Source: a virus. From it: a DNA stretch of 64,000 bases. The notes beneath the pieces are model-generated. The model did not search any database. It was given only the letters and a program-made list of their open reading frames with translations, and was not told the origin of the DNA. The stretch lies in the IMG/VR virus record IMGVR_UViG_3300045988_126140, positions 64,001 through 128,000 of that record; one strand, 5' to 3'. Each line of letters begins with the position of its first letter. Within the stretch, counting starts at the first letter, position 1. Both the position numbers and the translations under genes were made by a program. Shown piece after piece: positions 38,717 to 48,312 of the stretch.

Positions 38717-39310
38717 ATGACGGAAAGAGATTTAAATGTATTAAACTTTATTAATTTAGTTGCTATGTGTAGAACAGAACATATAAGAAACTTATTTTTT
38801 ACAGGATTAACTAATACCACTTGGGATAGAAGAGCTAATAAATTAGTAGAATATAAGCAATTAAAACGATTTAGAAGTGGAATATATAATAGAGAATATA
38901 TTTATTATATTGAAAATAAACCTAATGAAAGATTACTTAGGCATGATATGTATATAACTGAATTAATATATAATTTATTATTACTAGGTGTAGAAATAAT
39001 ATACGTAGATAGAAACGTTCAATTAGGTAATGTTATAGCAGATGGTTATATTATAATTAGATATAAAAAAGACAATACTATAATTAAGAAAGGCTTATTA
39101 ATAGAAGTTCAATTGCATGGTAGATTATCAGATTGTATAGATAAATACACAGATATTAATCCCATTAAAGAATATGTTATAGAACAAGGTATGCAGACTC
39201 TTCCTTCTCTACTTATTATAAGCGACTTACAGGGTAAGATTAGAAATAAAATTCTTAAAACTATGTGTGTAAACTGTAACTTAGAGTGTTTAGACAAGTG
39301 TATATTATAA
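38717..39310 (+). CDS. replication-relaxation family protein
   Basis: The N-terminus MTERDLNVLNFINLVAMCRTEHIRNLFF...RRANKLVEYKQLKRF matches the Replic_Relax pattern as I remember it. It is divergent from the FtsK-like gene. Confidence 0.55.
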   Translation: MTERDLNVLNFINLVAMCRTEHIRNLFFTGLTNTTWDRRANKLVEYKQLKRFRSGIYNREYIYYIENKPNERLLRHDMYITELIYNLLLLGVEIIYVDRNVQLGNVIADGYIIIRYKKDNTIIKKGLLIEVQLHGRLSDCIDKYTDINPIKEYVIEQGMQTLPSLLIISDLQGKIRNKILKTMCVNCNLECLDKCIL

Positions 39311-39319
39311 TGTAAAATT

Positions 39320-39364
39320 GAGTGTGTGATACAACTATTGCTTGTACTACACACTCTTTTATTT
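39320..39364 (+). terminator. intrinsic terminator
   Basis: GAGTGTGTGATACAACTATTGCTTGTACTACACACTC followed by TTTTATTT. Confidence 0.7.
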
Positions 39365-39920
39365 GGTATTTCAATGGTTTGATACGGTAAACTAAGGAGT
39401 TTATATAGATAAATTAATACGTAGTGGGGAGTATATTATGTCCAATTAACACCGTATTTTCCCATTTATTTCCAATATATTAAATATACTATTAAATTCC
39501 CATTAAATCAAGTACTAATTTATAAACGTAAAATAACATATTTATGATACCATTTCCCGAGAATAAGCACAACATAGAAACATTTAATTTTAATACTTTT
39601 AAATTAGGCAAAATGAAGTATAACAAAAACGTATTAATTTCCTAGTATTCTTGATTTGCAAATATGGCTATGTTGCAAATATAGGAGCTTGTAGGAATTG
39701 CTAAAAATCTAATTCGGTATTTTTTACGACATGTAGTTGGTAAACTACTACACAGAATAAAATTTTTGTCAAGCCCCTCCGAATATGATACCACCCCCTA
39801 GATGTTGAAATATCAACATTTCTTACCCTTTGAAAAAAAATTCCTTCTCCAAAAAGTGTGATTAAGTATTAATTAATCGTACATTCTTAATTTTTTAAAG
39901 TGGTTGACTTGTCCAGAATT

Positions 39921-39984
39921 CTAGTTGTCTACAAGCATTTTGCTAGTTATCCACAAGTATTTTGCTAGTTATCCACAAGCTGTT
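39921..39984 (+). repeat. three tandem 22-bp repeats, each carrying a DnaA box
   Basis: The repeat is CTAGTT(G/A)TC(T/C)ACAAG(C/T)ATTTTG. Perfect TTATCCACA boxes lie at 39947..39955 and 39969..39977. A variant, TTGTCTACA, lies at 39925..39933. A fourth perfect box lies at 40134..40142. Confidence 0.8.
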
Positions 39985-40081
39985 AATATGTATAAATATA
40001 TATACGAAGGCAAGTATTACCAATACTTACAATTACATTTACAACTACATCTCAAGCTAACAACCTATAAGTCTATATAAT

Positions 40082-41315
40082 CTAGTAATATCAACGCTTT
40101 CATACACTTATACACTTTTTTTCTTAATCTAAGTTATCCACAAGTAAAATTTTTCTAATTTTTTCATTTTACATTTTTTACCATTTATTCAATTTCCCCT
40201 AATAATCTAAAGTAATTTGTCTATTTTCCTTTATTTTCCTAAAGCGTCTACACTAAAATGTTCTACGGTTTACCTTTATTACCCAATACTATACAACCGT
40301 TGCAATAACTGTATCCTATACCTATAGTGGGTATATTGTAAAGCGTGAAACGGTTGAAACTGCTACATTCTTCTGTTTTCTTCTATTTGTGTATACCTAT
40401 GTATGGTATTCAATCCTAGTTATATCAACACTTCTATTGTTTTCCTTTGCATTTTCCTAAAGCTTACAACCGTTGATAATGCTAGATAGTTAATAAATAT
40501 ACCTATGATAATTAAGATAATAAATCATAATGTTAATTTACATTAATTAATTAAACTATTCTCTTCTGTTCTCTTTACTATATAAACCATGCATATATTT
40601 TGTCGAATACTCTAAAGCTAGTAATATCAACAACTACAGTATTTTATAATAACTTTACAATATAAAACAATCTTTATATTTTCCCTAATTAAATAAAGCT
40701 AATCCTTGATTTACCTTAATATTTTAAAGGAGATATTATCATTCTGCTTTATTTAATTAAGTTAAACTTATTAATTAATACCAACTTTATTTATTAAACT
40801 TTAAAATCAATTTTAAAATGGAGTATTCCATAAAAATAATTTTGTACTATATACTTTTTTATAGCTTTACTAAAATAAGTATATAGTACTATTCACTTTA
40901 ATAAAATTCGTGACCCTATTTTCTACTATCAATAAGTAAAGTATTCGACATAATGCACTTTACTTATATAAAGTATTCGACACTTGCTTTCACTATATCA
41001 ATTATTTTTTATGTAAGAATTATCTAATATGATACAAATATATTTTAATATATAAATTATTTTTTATGTAAAGAATTAATTATTTAGAGGGCGTAAACTT
41101 TAATAAATAAAGTGACCATATTTTTTACTATCACTTTTTAAAGTAAAACTTGTCGAACACTTTAATAATTGACTGTGGAGTCTATCAATTGCCTTGTTTT
41201 TTAAAGTGTTAATTGTCGGACTATCATATAAATTTATTTTTATGTAAAAATTTAATTTTATAATAAGAAAATCCAACACAACTAAAATATAGCTTAAACT
41301 GTTGATATTACTAAC
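40082..41315. repeat. nested repeat region (candidate origin/partition locus)
   Basis: CTAGTAATATCAAC-type sites lie at 40082, 40416, 40618 and, inverted, at 41301. GTATTCGACA lies at 40941 and 40973 and, inverted, at 40601. TATTTTTATGTAA occurs three times between 41012 and 41258. TTTTCCTAAAGC..ACAACCGTTG occurs twice. Two degenerate units of about 200 bp lie at 40899-41095 and 41098-41260. Confidence 0.7.
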
Positions 41316-41385
41316 TTGTAGCGTTTTTACTTATCATTTTTCTATCTATATATTTTTTAAGAAAAAAATAAATTTCAAAAAATTG

Positions 41386-41415
41386 TTGACAAATTAAACT
41401 AGAACGTGATATTAT
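41386..41415 (+). promoter_or_regulatory. sigma-A-type promoter, first of two in front of the plus-strand early array
   Basis: TTGACA, an 18-nt spacer, then TATTAT with an upstream TG. Confidence 0.6.
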
Positions 41416-41467
41416 ATAAACATAAACAACAACAAAAAAATAATTAATAAAAAATTAAAAAAAGTTG

Positions 41468-41496
41468 TTGACAAAATAGACGACAAGTGATAACAT
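41468..41496 (+). promoter_or_regulatory. sigma-A-type promoter
   Basis: TTGACA, a 17-nt spacer, then TAACAT. The 15-mer lies just upstream at 41437..41451. Confidence 0.55.
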
Positions 41497-41580
41497 TAAA
41501 GTATAAGTATTAGACAAGGGAGAACGCCCAACCGTTCATAAAGTAACAATAAAAATAATTAATAAATAGGAGTGGTAAAT

Positions 41581-41940
41581 ATGAAAACAAGAAATCCAAA
41601 GAACTTAGTTAAAAGATATGGAAATCTTTGCGAATTAGAAAACACTGTATCAGATTGTTATTTAGGAAATTCAAGTTTCTATATGTTATCTGACGGTAGA
41701 TACTTGAATGCCGAATCTGATGGTAGTTACAGAGCAGTCGACCATAGAATAATTTTTGGAGCTACAAAAATAAGTGCATACGATAATGACGCTTTTGGAA
41801 AATTACAAAGAAATTACCAACTTATTAGAATAGTTCCAGAGTGTGAAACTATAATGTTAGATAAAAAGCAGAAGATAACATTAGAACAACAAAGAGAACT
41901 TGACAACCTTGGTTTTGACATAGAATATTATTGGGAATAA
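41581..41940 (+). CDS. hypothetical early protein
   Basis: The ATG sits behind AGGAG; the track start at 41572 is a GTG inside the RBS. The 15-mer lies directly upstream. Confidence 0.65.
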   Translation: MKTRNPKNLVKRYGNLCELENTVSDCYLGNSSFYMLSDGRYLNAESDGSYRAVDHRIIFGATKISAYDNDAFGKLQRNYQLIRIVPECETIMLDKKQKITLEQQRELDNLGFDIEYYWE

Positions 41941-42000
41941 TAATCTATTCCCTAAAGCTCAAGTTTTAAAAATAATTAATAAATAAAGGGGATGTTTTAA

Positions 42001-42444
42001 ATGCTAAAAGGTGAAATAAGAAAAGGAACAATAAGAAATACAGAAGGACAAGAAAAGAAATATATTAAACAGTTCAAAGGTAACGACCTAGAAAAGTGTA
42101 TCATAGCAATAAATAATATGATGCATCAACGTATATACACATCAAGTCACTTAAGAAAAAAATCAACAGTATCATATAATATGAGAACAATTTGCGAAAT
42201 GTTGAAATATGGAGAATTTGACGTCATAGAATACAATTACACTAGAGGACAAGGAAGAATATTAGTGGAAAGTTGGAGTACATTTCCAGTAGAAATTGAT
42301 GATAAAATGACACAATGTACAATGAAGGTTGTCGTTGAACCAAAAACACAAAAAATTATAACAGTATGGTATAATAGCGTTGACGACACTCATGTAAGTT
42401 TAAATATGAAAAGATATAACAAGGACTTAGAAATTGTGTTCTAG
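42001..42444 (+). CDS. hypothetical early protein (weak resemblance to small DUF4258/BrnT-like toxin folds)
   Basis: A 147-aa ORF. The pattern H.RK...S....I.EML.YGE.DVIEY.....G..LVE......KVVVEP...KIITVWYN is only a remembered similarity. Confidence 0.6.
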   Translation: MLKGEIRKGTIRNTEGQEKKYIKQFKGNDLEKCIIAINNMMHQRIYTSSHLRKKSTVSYNMRTICEMLKYGEFDVIEYNYTRGQGRILVESWSTFPVEIDDKMTQCTMKVVVEPKTQKIITVWYNSVDDTHVSLNMKRYNKDLEIVF

Positions 42445-42497
42445 TCCTTCCAGCTCAATACTATCATTTATGATAATGAAAACAATTAATAAAATTG

Positions 42498-42526
42498 TTG
42501 ACAAATATTAAATGATAGTATATAAT
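42498..42526 (+). promoter_or_regulatory. consensus sigma-A-type early promoter
   Basis: TTGACA, a 17-nt spacer containing AATGATAGTA, then TATAAT. Confidence 0.7.
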
Positions 42527-42561
42527 ATCGATATAAAATAAATTGATAGGAGTGATGAGTT

Positions 42562-42708
42562 ATGAAGAAAGTATATTATAGCTTATATTTAGTAACAGAA
42601 GAAAGCGAAGAATTTTTAGCAAAAGTAAAGTCAAAAGGTCTTGCAATAAGAACTAAAATGTTATATAACAAAATATATGAAGGCAAAGGAAAAATAATTA
42701 TTAAATAG
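42562..42708 (+). CDS. hypothetical small protein (48 aa, below the track cutoff)
   Basis: MKKVYYSLYLVTEESEEFLAKVKSKGLAIRTKMLYNKIYEGKGKIIIK. It has an RBS (AGGAG) and its own promoter. Confidence 0.5.
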   Translation: MKKVYYSLYLVTEESEEFLAKVKSKGLAIRTKMLYNKIYEGKGKIIIK

Positions 42709-42780
42709 AGGATTTTAAGCCCTCTAGCTCAAGCTATCGAATGATAGCAAATTATATTAATAAAAAGGAGATATAAGATT

Positions 42781-42945
42781 ATGAAAAATAAAATGTTATT
42801 TGTATTAGTGTTAGTATTAGGAATTGTTATATTTAAAAATCAAATATCCATAGCATTGATGTATGCAGTTGACTGTATAGGTTATGCATTCAACATTAAT
42901 GTGGTTGATATTATTGATTTGCTTAATACAATATACTATTTATAG
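42781..42945 (+). CDS. small hydrophobic protein (54 aa, below the track cutoff)
   Basis: MKNKMLFVLVLVLGIVIFKNQ... with an RBS (AAGGAG). Confidence 0.5.
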   Translation: MKNKMLFVLVLVLGIVIFKNQISIALMYAVDCIGYAFNINVVDIIDLLNTIYYL

Positions 42946-42994
42946 TATTAAGCAATGATGGCAAAAATAATTAATAAATTTTTTAAAATAATTA

Positions 42995-43023
42995 TTGACA
43001 ACATCTAAATGATAGTATATAAT
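42995..43023 (+). promoter_or_regulatory. consensus sigma-A-type early promoter
   Basis: TTGACA, 17 nt (..AAATGATAGTA), then TATAAT. The 15-mer lies at 42964..42978. Confidence 0.7.
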
Positions 43024-43056
43024 ATTAAGTATAAGTAAATAAAGGAGTTGGTTTAA

Positions 43057-43404
43057 ATGACTAAAAAAGAAAAAAATATATTATTAGAAGAATATGGATA
43101 TCAATATCAAATGGAACAACTAATGGATAAGGATATTAGATTTTATAAAAATCTATTAGACAAATTAGGACTTCATAATGACAGAATAAATATAGAAAAC
43201 GATGTTTATTATATGGAAAATGAATTGAGTACTGTAAAATCCCATGCCTATGAAAGCCTTAATGATATAATTGAAAAATACAATGATGGTAAAAGAGTTA
43301 ACGTTGAAGTCATGGAAATTTATTTAGAAGAAATAAAATATCAAGCTACTAATGATGATAAAAAATATATAGAAAGCAGTAAAAAAATTATATTAGGAGA
43401 ATAA
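43057..43404 (+). CDS. hypothetical early protein
   Basis: A 115-aa ORF with an RBS and its own promoter cassette. Confidence 0.65.
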   Translation: MTKKEKNILLEEYGYQYQMEQLMDKDIRFYKNLLDKLGLHNDRINIENDVYYMENELSTVKSHAYESLNDIIEKYNDGKRVNVEVMEIYLEEIKYQATNDDKKYIESSKKIILGE

Positions 43405-43458
43405 TTTTCTCCTAAGCTCAAGCTATCTAAATTATAGTGAATAATATTAATAAAATTG

Positions 43459-43487
43459 TTGACTTGTTGTAAATGATAGTATATAAT
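43459..43487 (+). promoter_or_regulatory. sigma-A-type early promoter
   Basis: TTGACT, 17 nt, then TATAAT. Confidence 0.7.
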
Positions 43488-43522
43488 ATTAAATATAGAA
43501 TAAATAAAGGGGAGTCGATAAT

Positions 43523-44020
43523 ATGAAATATTTTGAAAGTTGTAAGAGTAAAGAAGACGCAAAAAAATTATATAAAAAATTAGCTTTCCAATATCATCCC
43601 GATAAAGGCGGGGATGTTGAAATAATGAAAGCCATCAATAATGAATTTGATGACTTTATGAAGAACTTTAGAGAAGAAAAAAAAGATAGTAAAAAAGAAT
43701 ATGAATTTACGGCAACTACATATAGAAACCTTATAGAACAATTAATAAAATTTGACGATATAACCATTGATGTAGTAGGCTGTTTTATATGGATAACTGG
43801 CAACACTTATCCAATAAAAGAAGAATTAAAACAATTAGGATTTAGATTTAGTAAAAATAAAAAATCATGGTATATTGCGCCAGAAGAATATATGAAAAAT
43901 AGAGTCAATTATAAGAAAAAATACAGTATGAATGAAATAAAAAATAAATATGGATGTACTTCTATAAAATCAAAAGGAGGATACAAGAAGGAAAAAGATA
44001 ATATAATAATGATAGGATAA
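43523..44020 (+). CDS. J-domain (DnaJ-like) protein, copy 1
   Basis: KEDAKKLYKKLAFQYHPDKGGDVEIMKAINNEFD carries the HPD motif. The C-terminal motif LKQLGFRFSKNKKSWYIAPEEY is shared with 48313..49167. Confidence 0.75.
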   Translation: MKYFESCKSKEDAKKLYKKLAFQYHPDKGGDVEIMKAINNEFDDFMKNFREEKKDSKKEYEFTATTYRNLIEQLIKFDDITIDVVGCFIWITGNTYPIKEELKQLGFRFSKNKKSWYIAPEEYMKNRVNYKKKYSMNEIKNKYGCTSIKSKGGYKKEKDNIIMIG

Positions 44021-44166
44021 ATAATTAATAATACTGCTTATAAGAACATAAGCAGTATAGCTCAAAATGATTATATAAATTATTAATAAAAACTATTGAC
44101 AAAAGATAGTAAAATATGATATTATATAATCATGATAAAAATAATTAATAAATAGGAGTGGTAAAT

Positions 44167-44676
44167 ATGAATAAAAAAACATTATGGACTATATTAGGTA
44201 TAACAAGTAATGCTATATTTCTAATAGGATTATTATTAATAATAGTATCATTTAAATATGATACTCATAAAGAATATGCATATACAGAAATGACTAGCAT
44301 AAACATACAAAAAGATGACAAAATAATAGCTAATGAACGTCCTCTTGATGATAGTCAAGAGCATGACAATAGAGTTAATAAAGATAATAAAGATTATGCT
44401 ACTAATAACACTAGTGATTATGTTATAAAAACAACTACAAAAAAATCTACATACAATAATAATAGCAAAAACAATAGTAATGATAATAAAAACTATAGTA
44501 ACACTAATACTAATAATACTAATAATACTAATAATACTAATAATACTAATAACAATAATAACTATACAGTTGAATATACAAACACCAGTTATTGTGGATT
44601 TTGTGGTAAACAATTAAATAACAACGATGGTATTTGTGAAACTTGCAAAGATATAAGAAGTAAATTAGGAGAATAA
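44167..44676 (+). CDS. membrane-anchored protein with an Asn/Thr repeat and a C-terminal zinc ribbon
   Basis: It has an N-terminal transmembrane segment. The NTNNTNNTNNTNN stretch comes from a 9-bp tandem repeat at about 44503-44560. The C-terminus reads CGFCG...CETC. Confidence 0.65.
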   Translation: MNKKTLWTILGITSNAIFLIGLLLIIVSFKYDTHKEYAYTEMTSINIQKDDKIIANERPLDDSQEHDNRVNKDNKDYATNNTSDYVIKTTTKKSTYNNNSKNNSNDNKNYSNTNTNNTNNTNNTNNTNNNNNYTVEYTNTSYCGFCGKQLNNNDGICETCKDIRSKLGE

Positions 44677-44732
44677 TTTTCTCCTAAGCTCAATACTATC
44701 ATTTTGATATTGAAAAATAATTAATAAAACTA

Positions 44733-44761
44733 TTGACAACTTATGAATGATAGTATATAAT
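44733..44761 (+). promoter_or_regulatory. consensus sigma-A-type early promoter
   Basis: TTGACA, 17 nt (..GAATGATAGTA), then TATAAT. The 15-mer lies at 44714..44728. Confidence 0.7.
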
Positions 44762-44800
44762 ATTAAATATAAGTAAATTAATAAAAAGGAGAATGATATT

Positions 44801-45115
44801 ATGAATAAAAAAGAATTAAGAACAATAGTAAAAGGTTTAGAAGGATATAAAATAGTTTTAACAAAAGAAGAATATAGAAAAGAAGGAAGAAAAAACTTCC
44901 CTAAAAATCCTTTAGAAATAACTGTTGAAGAAATAACAAGAGAAGAATATGAAAAAATATTCTCTAGTGTAAACTTCTTTATTGAAACATTTGGAGGGAC
45001 TGAAAGAATTTATAAAAGTTATACTTTAGCAGGTTATATACCTACTAAATTAGTAAGTACAAGTCCTAATAAAGAAATTAAAATTGTAAGAAGAATATCT
45101 ATTGAAAGATATTAA
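44801..45115 (+). CDS. hypothetical early protein
   Basis: A 104-aa ORF with an RBS. Confidence 0.65.
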   Translation: MNKKELRTIVKGLEGYKIVLTKEEYRKEGRKNFPKNPLEITVEEITREEYEKIFSSVNFFIETFGGTERIYKSYTLAGYIPTKLVSTSPNKEIKIVRRISIERY

Positions 45116-45279
45116 AAATAATTAATAAAGTTATTTATAATGATGACAAAATCATATATTATATAAATATAAAAAGGTTTACTGGTTCATCCTTTAAAAA
45201 CCAGTCGTAAAAATAATTAATAAATTTTTTAAAAAGCTTTTGACAATGATAATAAAATATATTAATTGGAGGTTTTAAA

Positions 45280-45516
45280 ATGAACAACAATTTAATAAGA
45301 TTAAGAAGTTTAATAGGGAGCGAATTAGATTATGATGATATAATTTGTGCAATGATAGATAAAGACGAAGAAGTAATAATCGATAACGTAAATCGTAGTA
45401 GCAACTTTGAAGAATATGGACTTTGCAATTTGTATCTAGTATATTACAACGACCCAATAAGTAGGACATATGGCATATGGGTTGATGTTGATAATATAAT
45501 ACGTGTAATATCATAA
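45280..45516 (+). CDS. hypothetical early protein
   Basis: A 78-aa ORF behind GGAGG. The antisense ORF 45275..45514 is rejected. Confidence 0.6.
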   Translation: MNNNLIRLRSLIGSELDYDDIICAMIDKDEEVIIDNVNRSSNFEEYGLCNLYLVYYNDPISRTYGIWVDVDNIIRVIS

Positions 45517-45587
45517 GGGCGTTAAGCCCTGGTTCTTAGTCATCAAAATGATGACAGAATATATTAATATTTTGGAGGTAATAATAT

Positions 45588-45818
45588 ATGCGTATAGAAG
45601 GTTATATATTGGACTGTGATAATAATAACTTAGCTAATAGCGTATTAGAATATTTAAAAAGAAAAACAAATAATTTAACTTATAAATATGAAGAGGATAT
45701 TTACAGTTTATTTGTAAAAGGTGATATAGTATCAAATGATACAGAAATATATATTAACAATTTTATAGATTTTTTAGAAAATAATAATATGTGTTTTATG
45801 GGTATGTTTGGGGAGTAA
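45588..45818 (+). CDS. hypothetical early protein
   Basis: A 76-aa ORF behind GGAGG. Confidence 0.6.
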   Translation: MRIEGYILDCDNNNLANSVLEYLKRKTNNLTYKYEEDIYSLFVKGDIVSNDTEIYINNFIDFLENNNMCFMGMFGE

Positions 45819-45941
45819 TTCCTCAAGTTCTAGATTGTCTAAAATGATACTAAAAATAATTAATAATACTGCCTATATTTATAGGTGATATTGCTCAAAA
45901 CTATCAAATGATAGTAAATAATATTAAAGGGGATGGAATAT

Positions 45942-46766
45942 ATGAACGAATTACAAATAAATAATAAATTAGTTGCTACTATACCAAGTTACGAAATTGC
46001 TAAAATGATGGATAGAAGACATAGCGATGTATTAAGAATGTTGGAAGGGAGTGAAAAACCTAAAGTTATCGGAATAATACCAGTTATAGAGGAGAACGTA
46101 GAACTACACTTATCCGATTATTTTATTAAATCTACATTCATAACAAGTCAAAATAAAAAAGTAACTTGTTATGAATGTACGCGAATGGGTTGTGATATAT
46201 TAGCGAATAAAATGACAGGTGAAAAGGGAATATTATTTACTGCGAAATATGTTAAACGTTTTAGAGAGATGACAGAATATATTGATAATCAAATACAACA
46301 ATTGTCACCAGAAGACCAAGCTGTATTAAATATAATAAATGCAAATGATAAACTTGATAAAGCATTAGCCATAAAGGATTACAAAGATATCATAGAAAAG
46401 CCTTTATTGCAAGAAATAGATAAAATTAAACCATTAGCTCAAAAATTTGAAGCATTTTTAAAAGATGATGGATTAATTGATATAAATACATTTGCTAAAA
46501 CATTAGGGATAAAAAATCTTGGAAGAAATAATATGTATAAATATCTTAGAGATAATCACTACATAGATAAAAATAATTATGCTATGCAGAGATATATTAA
46601 TCAAAAATTATTTATTCTTAAACCAAGGGGGTATAAAGAAAATTATTATGGTGAGCGTATGCTAATATTTAAAACTTTTATAACTAAAAAGGGATTGGCT
46701 TATCTATTAGGAAAATTAGTCGAAGACGGATATATAACTTTTACAGATGATAATAAAAATAATTAA
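45942..46766 (+). CDS. antirepressor (Rha-type N-terminal domain plus KilA-C/ANT-type C-terminal domain)
   Basis: IPSYEIAKMMDRRHSDVLRMLEG is Rha-like. DINTFAKTLGIKNLGRNNMYKYLRDNHYIDKNN.AMQRYINQKLFILKP is KilAC-like. Confidence 0.7.
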   Translation: MNELQINNKLVATIPSYEIAKMMDRRHSDVLRMLEGSEKPKVIGIIPVIEENVELHLSDYFIKSTFITSQNKKVTCYECTRMGCDILANKMTGEKGILFTAKYVKRFREMTEYIDNQIQQLSPEDQAVLNIINANDKLDKALAIKDYKDIIEKPLLQEIDKIKPLAQKFEAFLKDDGLIDINTFAKTLGIKNLGRNNMYKYLRDNHYIDKNNYAMQRYINQKLFILKPRGYKENYYGERMLIFKTFITKKGLAYLLGKLVEDGYITFTDDNKNN

Positions 46767-46777
46767 TAAATATTATT

Positions 46778-46805
46778 GACTGGAGTTTTATCCAGTCTTT
46801 TTTAT
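46778..46805 (+). terminator. intrinsic terminator
   Basis: GACTGGAGTTTTATCCAGTC followed by TTTTTTA. Confidence 0.75.
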
Positions 46806-47277
46806 TGTCTATAAAATGATAATGATTTTCATTAACATTAAATATTAACTCCAGAAGTTATTTTTATAAAAGCTCAATAAAATCAACCTCTTAAACGCCC
46901 TTCTAAGGCGTTTTAAAATGATTAAGGTATAAATACCTTGTAGGCTATCGAATTCCTTTATAATGGATTATATAGGATATTTTATATTTTTATCTATAAT
47001 TGATAATACTTTTCATTTATATATTTATTCTCATTTAAAAATGATACTAAAATATATTAATTTATGAATTGATAATAAATATCAAATAAAATTATTTGTT
47101 ATTGAGAATAATAATCATAACTATAAAAATTAATTTATATATAAAATAATATATTTTTAAAAAAATTTATATTTATTATTGATTTATAAAATTGAATATG
47201 ATATTATATAATCATAGTAGTAAATAAAAAGTTTTAAAAGATTATAAAAATAATTAATAAAATTAATAAAAAAGCTC

Positions 47278-47306
47278 TTGACAACGATAGTTAAATCATA
47301 TATAAT
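47278..47306 (+). promoter_or_regulatory. sigma-A-type early promoter
   Basis: TTGACA, 17 nt, then TATAAT. The 15-mer lies at 47247..47261. Confidence 0.7.
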
Positions 47307-47338
47307 AATATTAGATAATTAAATAAGGAGTTGATATT

Positions 47339-47851
47339 ATGTTAAGTTTACAAAAAGCAAATAAAATATTGGAATTAGTTAAATCAGAAGGTATAAAGCT
47401 AGATAATATAAAATTAATAAAAGATGATAAATTTTCATATAGTACAAATGGTGTGATAACAATTCAAAATTGTAATTTTAACATAAATTCTAAATGGTAT
47501 GAATTTATGATTAAATACTTAGAAAAAGAATATAATTTAGACTCTAATGTTTATATGTTTTATGACTTTTTAGAAACATTTTCATTTTTACATGAGGTAG
47601 GGCACGCAACACAAGGATTAAAGAATAATGAAAAATATGATGATGAATACTTTTTATATAAAAATACAATATATAAAAGTTATGAAGAAGCTTACAAAAC
47701 TTATAGAAATTTGACACTAGAAAAACAAGCTGATAAATTTGCGGTATCATTCATTAAAAATCATAAACTTGAAATCTGGGCAATAATGAATGATATAAGT
47801 GTAAAAGAGGCTGAAGAAGAGTCTCAATTTTGGGAAACAAATTTATATTAA
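47339..47851 (+). CDS. putative zinc metallopeptidase (HExxH)
   Basis: FLHEVGHATQG is the only motif recognised. Confidence 0.45.
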   Translation: MLSLQKANKILELVKSEGIKLDNIKLIKDDKFSYSTNGVITIQNCNFNINSKWYEFMIKYLEKEYNLDSNVYMFYDFLETFSFLHEVGHATQGLKNNEKYDDEYFLYKNTIYKSYEEAYKTYRNLTLEKQADKFAVSFIKNHKLEIWAIMNDISVKEAEEESQFWETNLY

Positions 47852-47973
47852 TCCTAATAGCTCGAGCTATTAGGATAATTATAAAAACAATTAATAAATT
47901 TAAAAAAGCTCTTGACAAAATAAAATGAAGTGTGATATAATTAAAATATAAAATAAATAAAGGAGTTGATAAT

Positions 47974-48249
47974 ATGAAAACAAATAGAGATAGAATATTA
48001 GAAAAATTAAAGAAGGAAGGGTTTATAATAGGTTGTTATGACAGTAATATAGATAAATTAAATTATAACAACATTAAAAAAGTACTAGACGATATTCCTT
48101 TTGGAAGTACTGATATACAAGTATCCCTAAATAGAAAAAAATACATTGTCGAAGTTTCTGATGTAGACAATGAGTATGATTTTAAAATGACAGAAAAAAA
48201 CACTTATTTAGACAGATATGGAGATGATGAATATTATGAAAAATGGTAA
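47974..48249 (+). CDS. hypothetical early protein
   Basis: A 91-aa ORF with an RBS and promoter cassette. Confidence 0.6.
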   Translation: MKTNRDRILEKLKKEGFIIGCYDSNIDKLNYNNIKKVLDDIPFGSTDIQVSLNRKKYIVEVSDVDNEYDFKMTEKNTYLDRYGDDEYYEKW

Positions 48250-48312
48250 GGGAATTAATCCCTTCCAGCTCTTAAAAATAATTAATAAGATAATTGAAAG
48301 GGGACAAATGAT

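Noticed and set aside
38620-39354. ORFs 38620..38820 (-) and 39109..39354 (-)
   Set aside because: They overlap the promoter region and the coding region of the replication-relaxation gene on the opposite strand, and they show no RBS or motif.
39921-39984. Short direct repeats that might suggest a CRISPR array
   Set aside because: There are only three contiguous 22-bp repeats with no spacers. They contain DnaA-box consensus sequences, so they are origin-type repeats and not CRISPR.
44503-44560. The 9-bp tandem repeat (AATAATACT)n as a contingency locus
   Set aside because: The period is a multiple of three, so copy-number change would only vary the length of an Asn/Thr linker without switching expression. 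It is recorded as a feature of the CDS only.
46806-47125. Fur-box-like sequences in the 570-bp spacer, for example GATAATGATTTTCATTAAC at 46818 (16/19 to GATAATGATAATCATTATC). Weaker copies lie at 47002, 47071 and 47104.
   Set aside because: In DNA this AT-rich, such matches are expected fairly often. The shared AATGATA core is the same box that recurs in the early promoter cassettes, so these look more like decayed cassettes. The idea is not excluded, only unsupported.
43341-47750. Minus-strand ORFs 43341..43562, 43594..43806, 44248..44613, 45275..45514 and 47544..47750
   Set aside because: They lie antisense to plus-strand genes that have RBS and promoter cassettes. ORF 44248..44613 is simply the complement of the Asn/Thr repeat.
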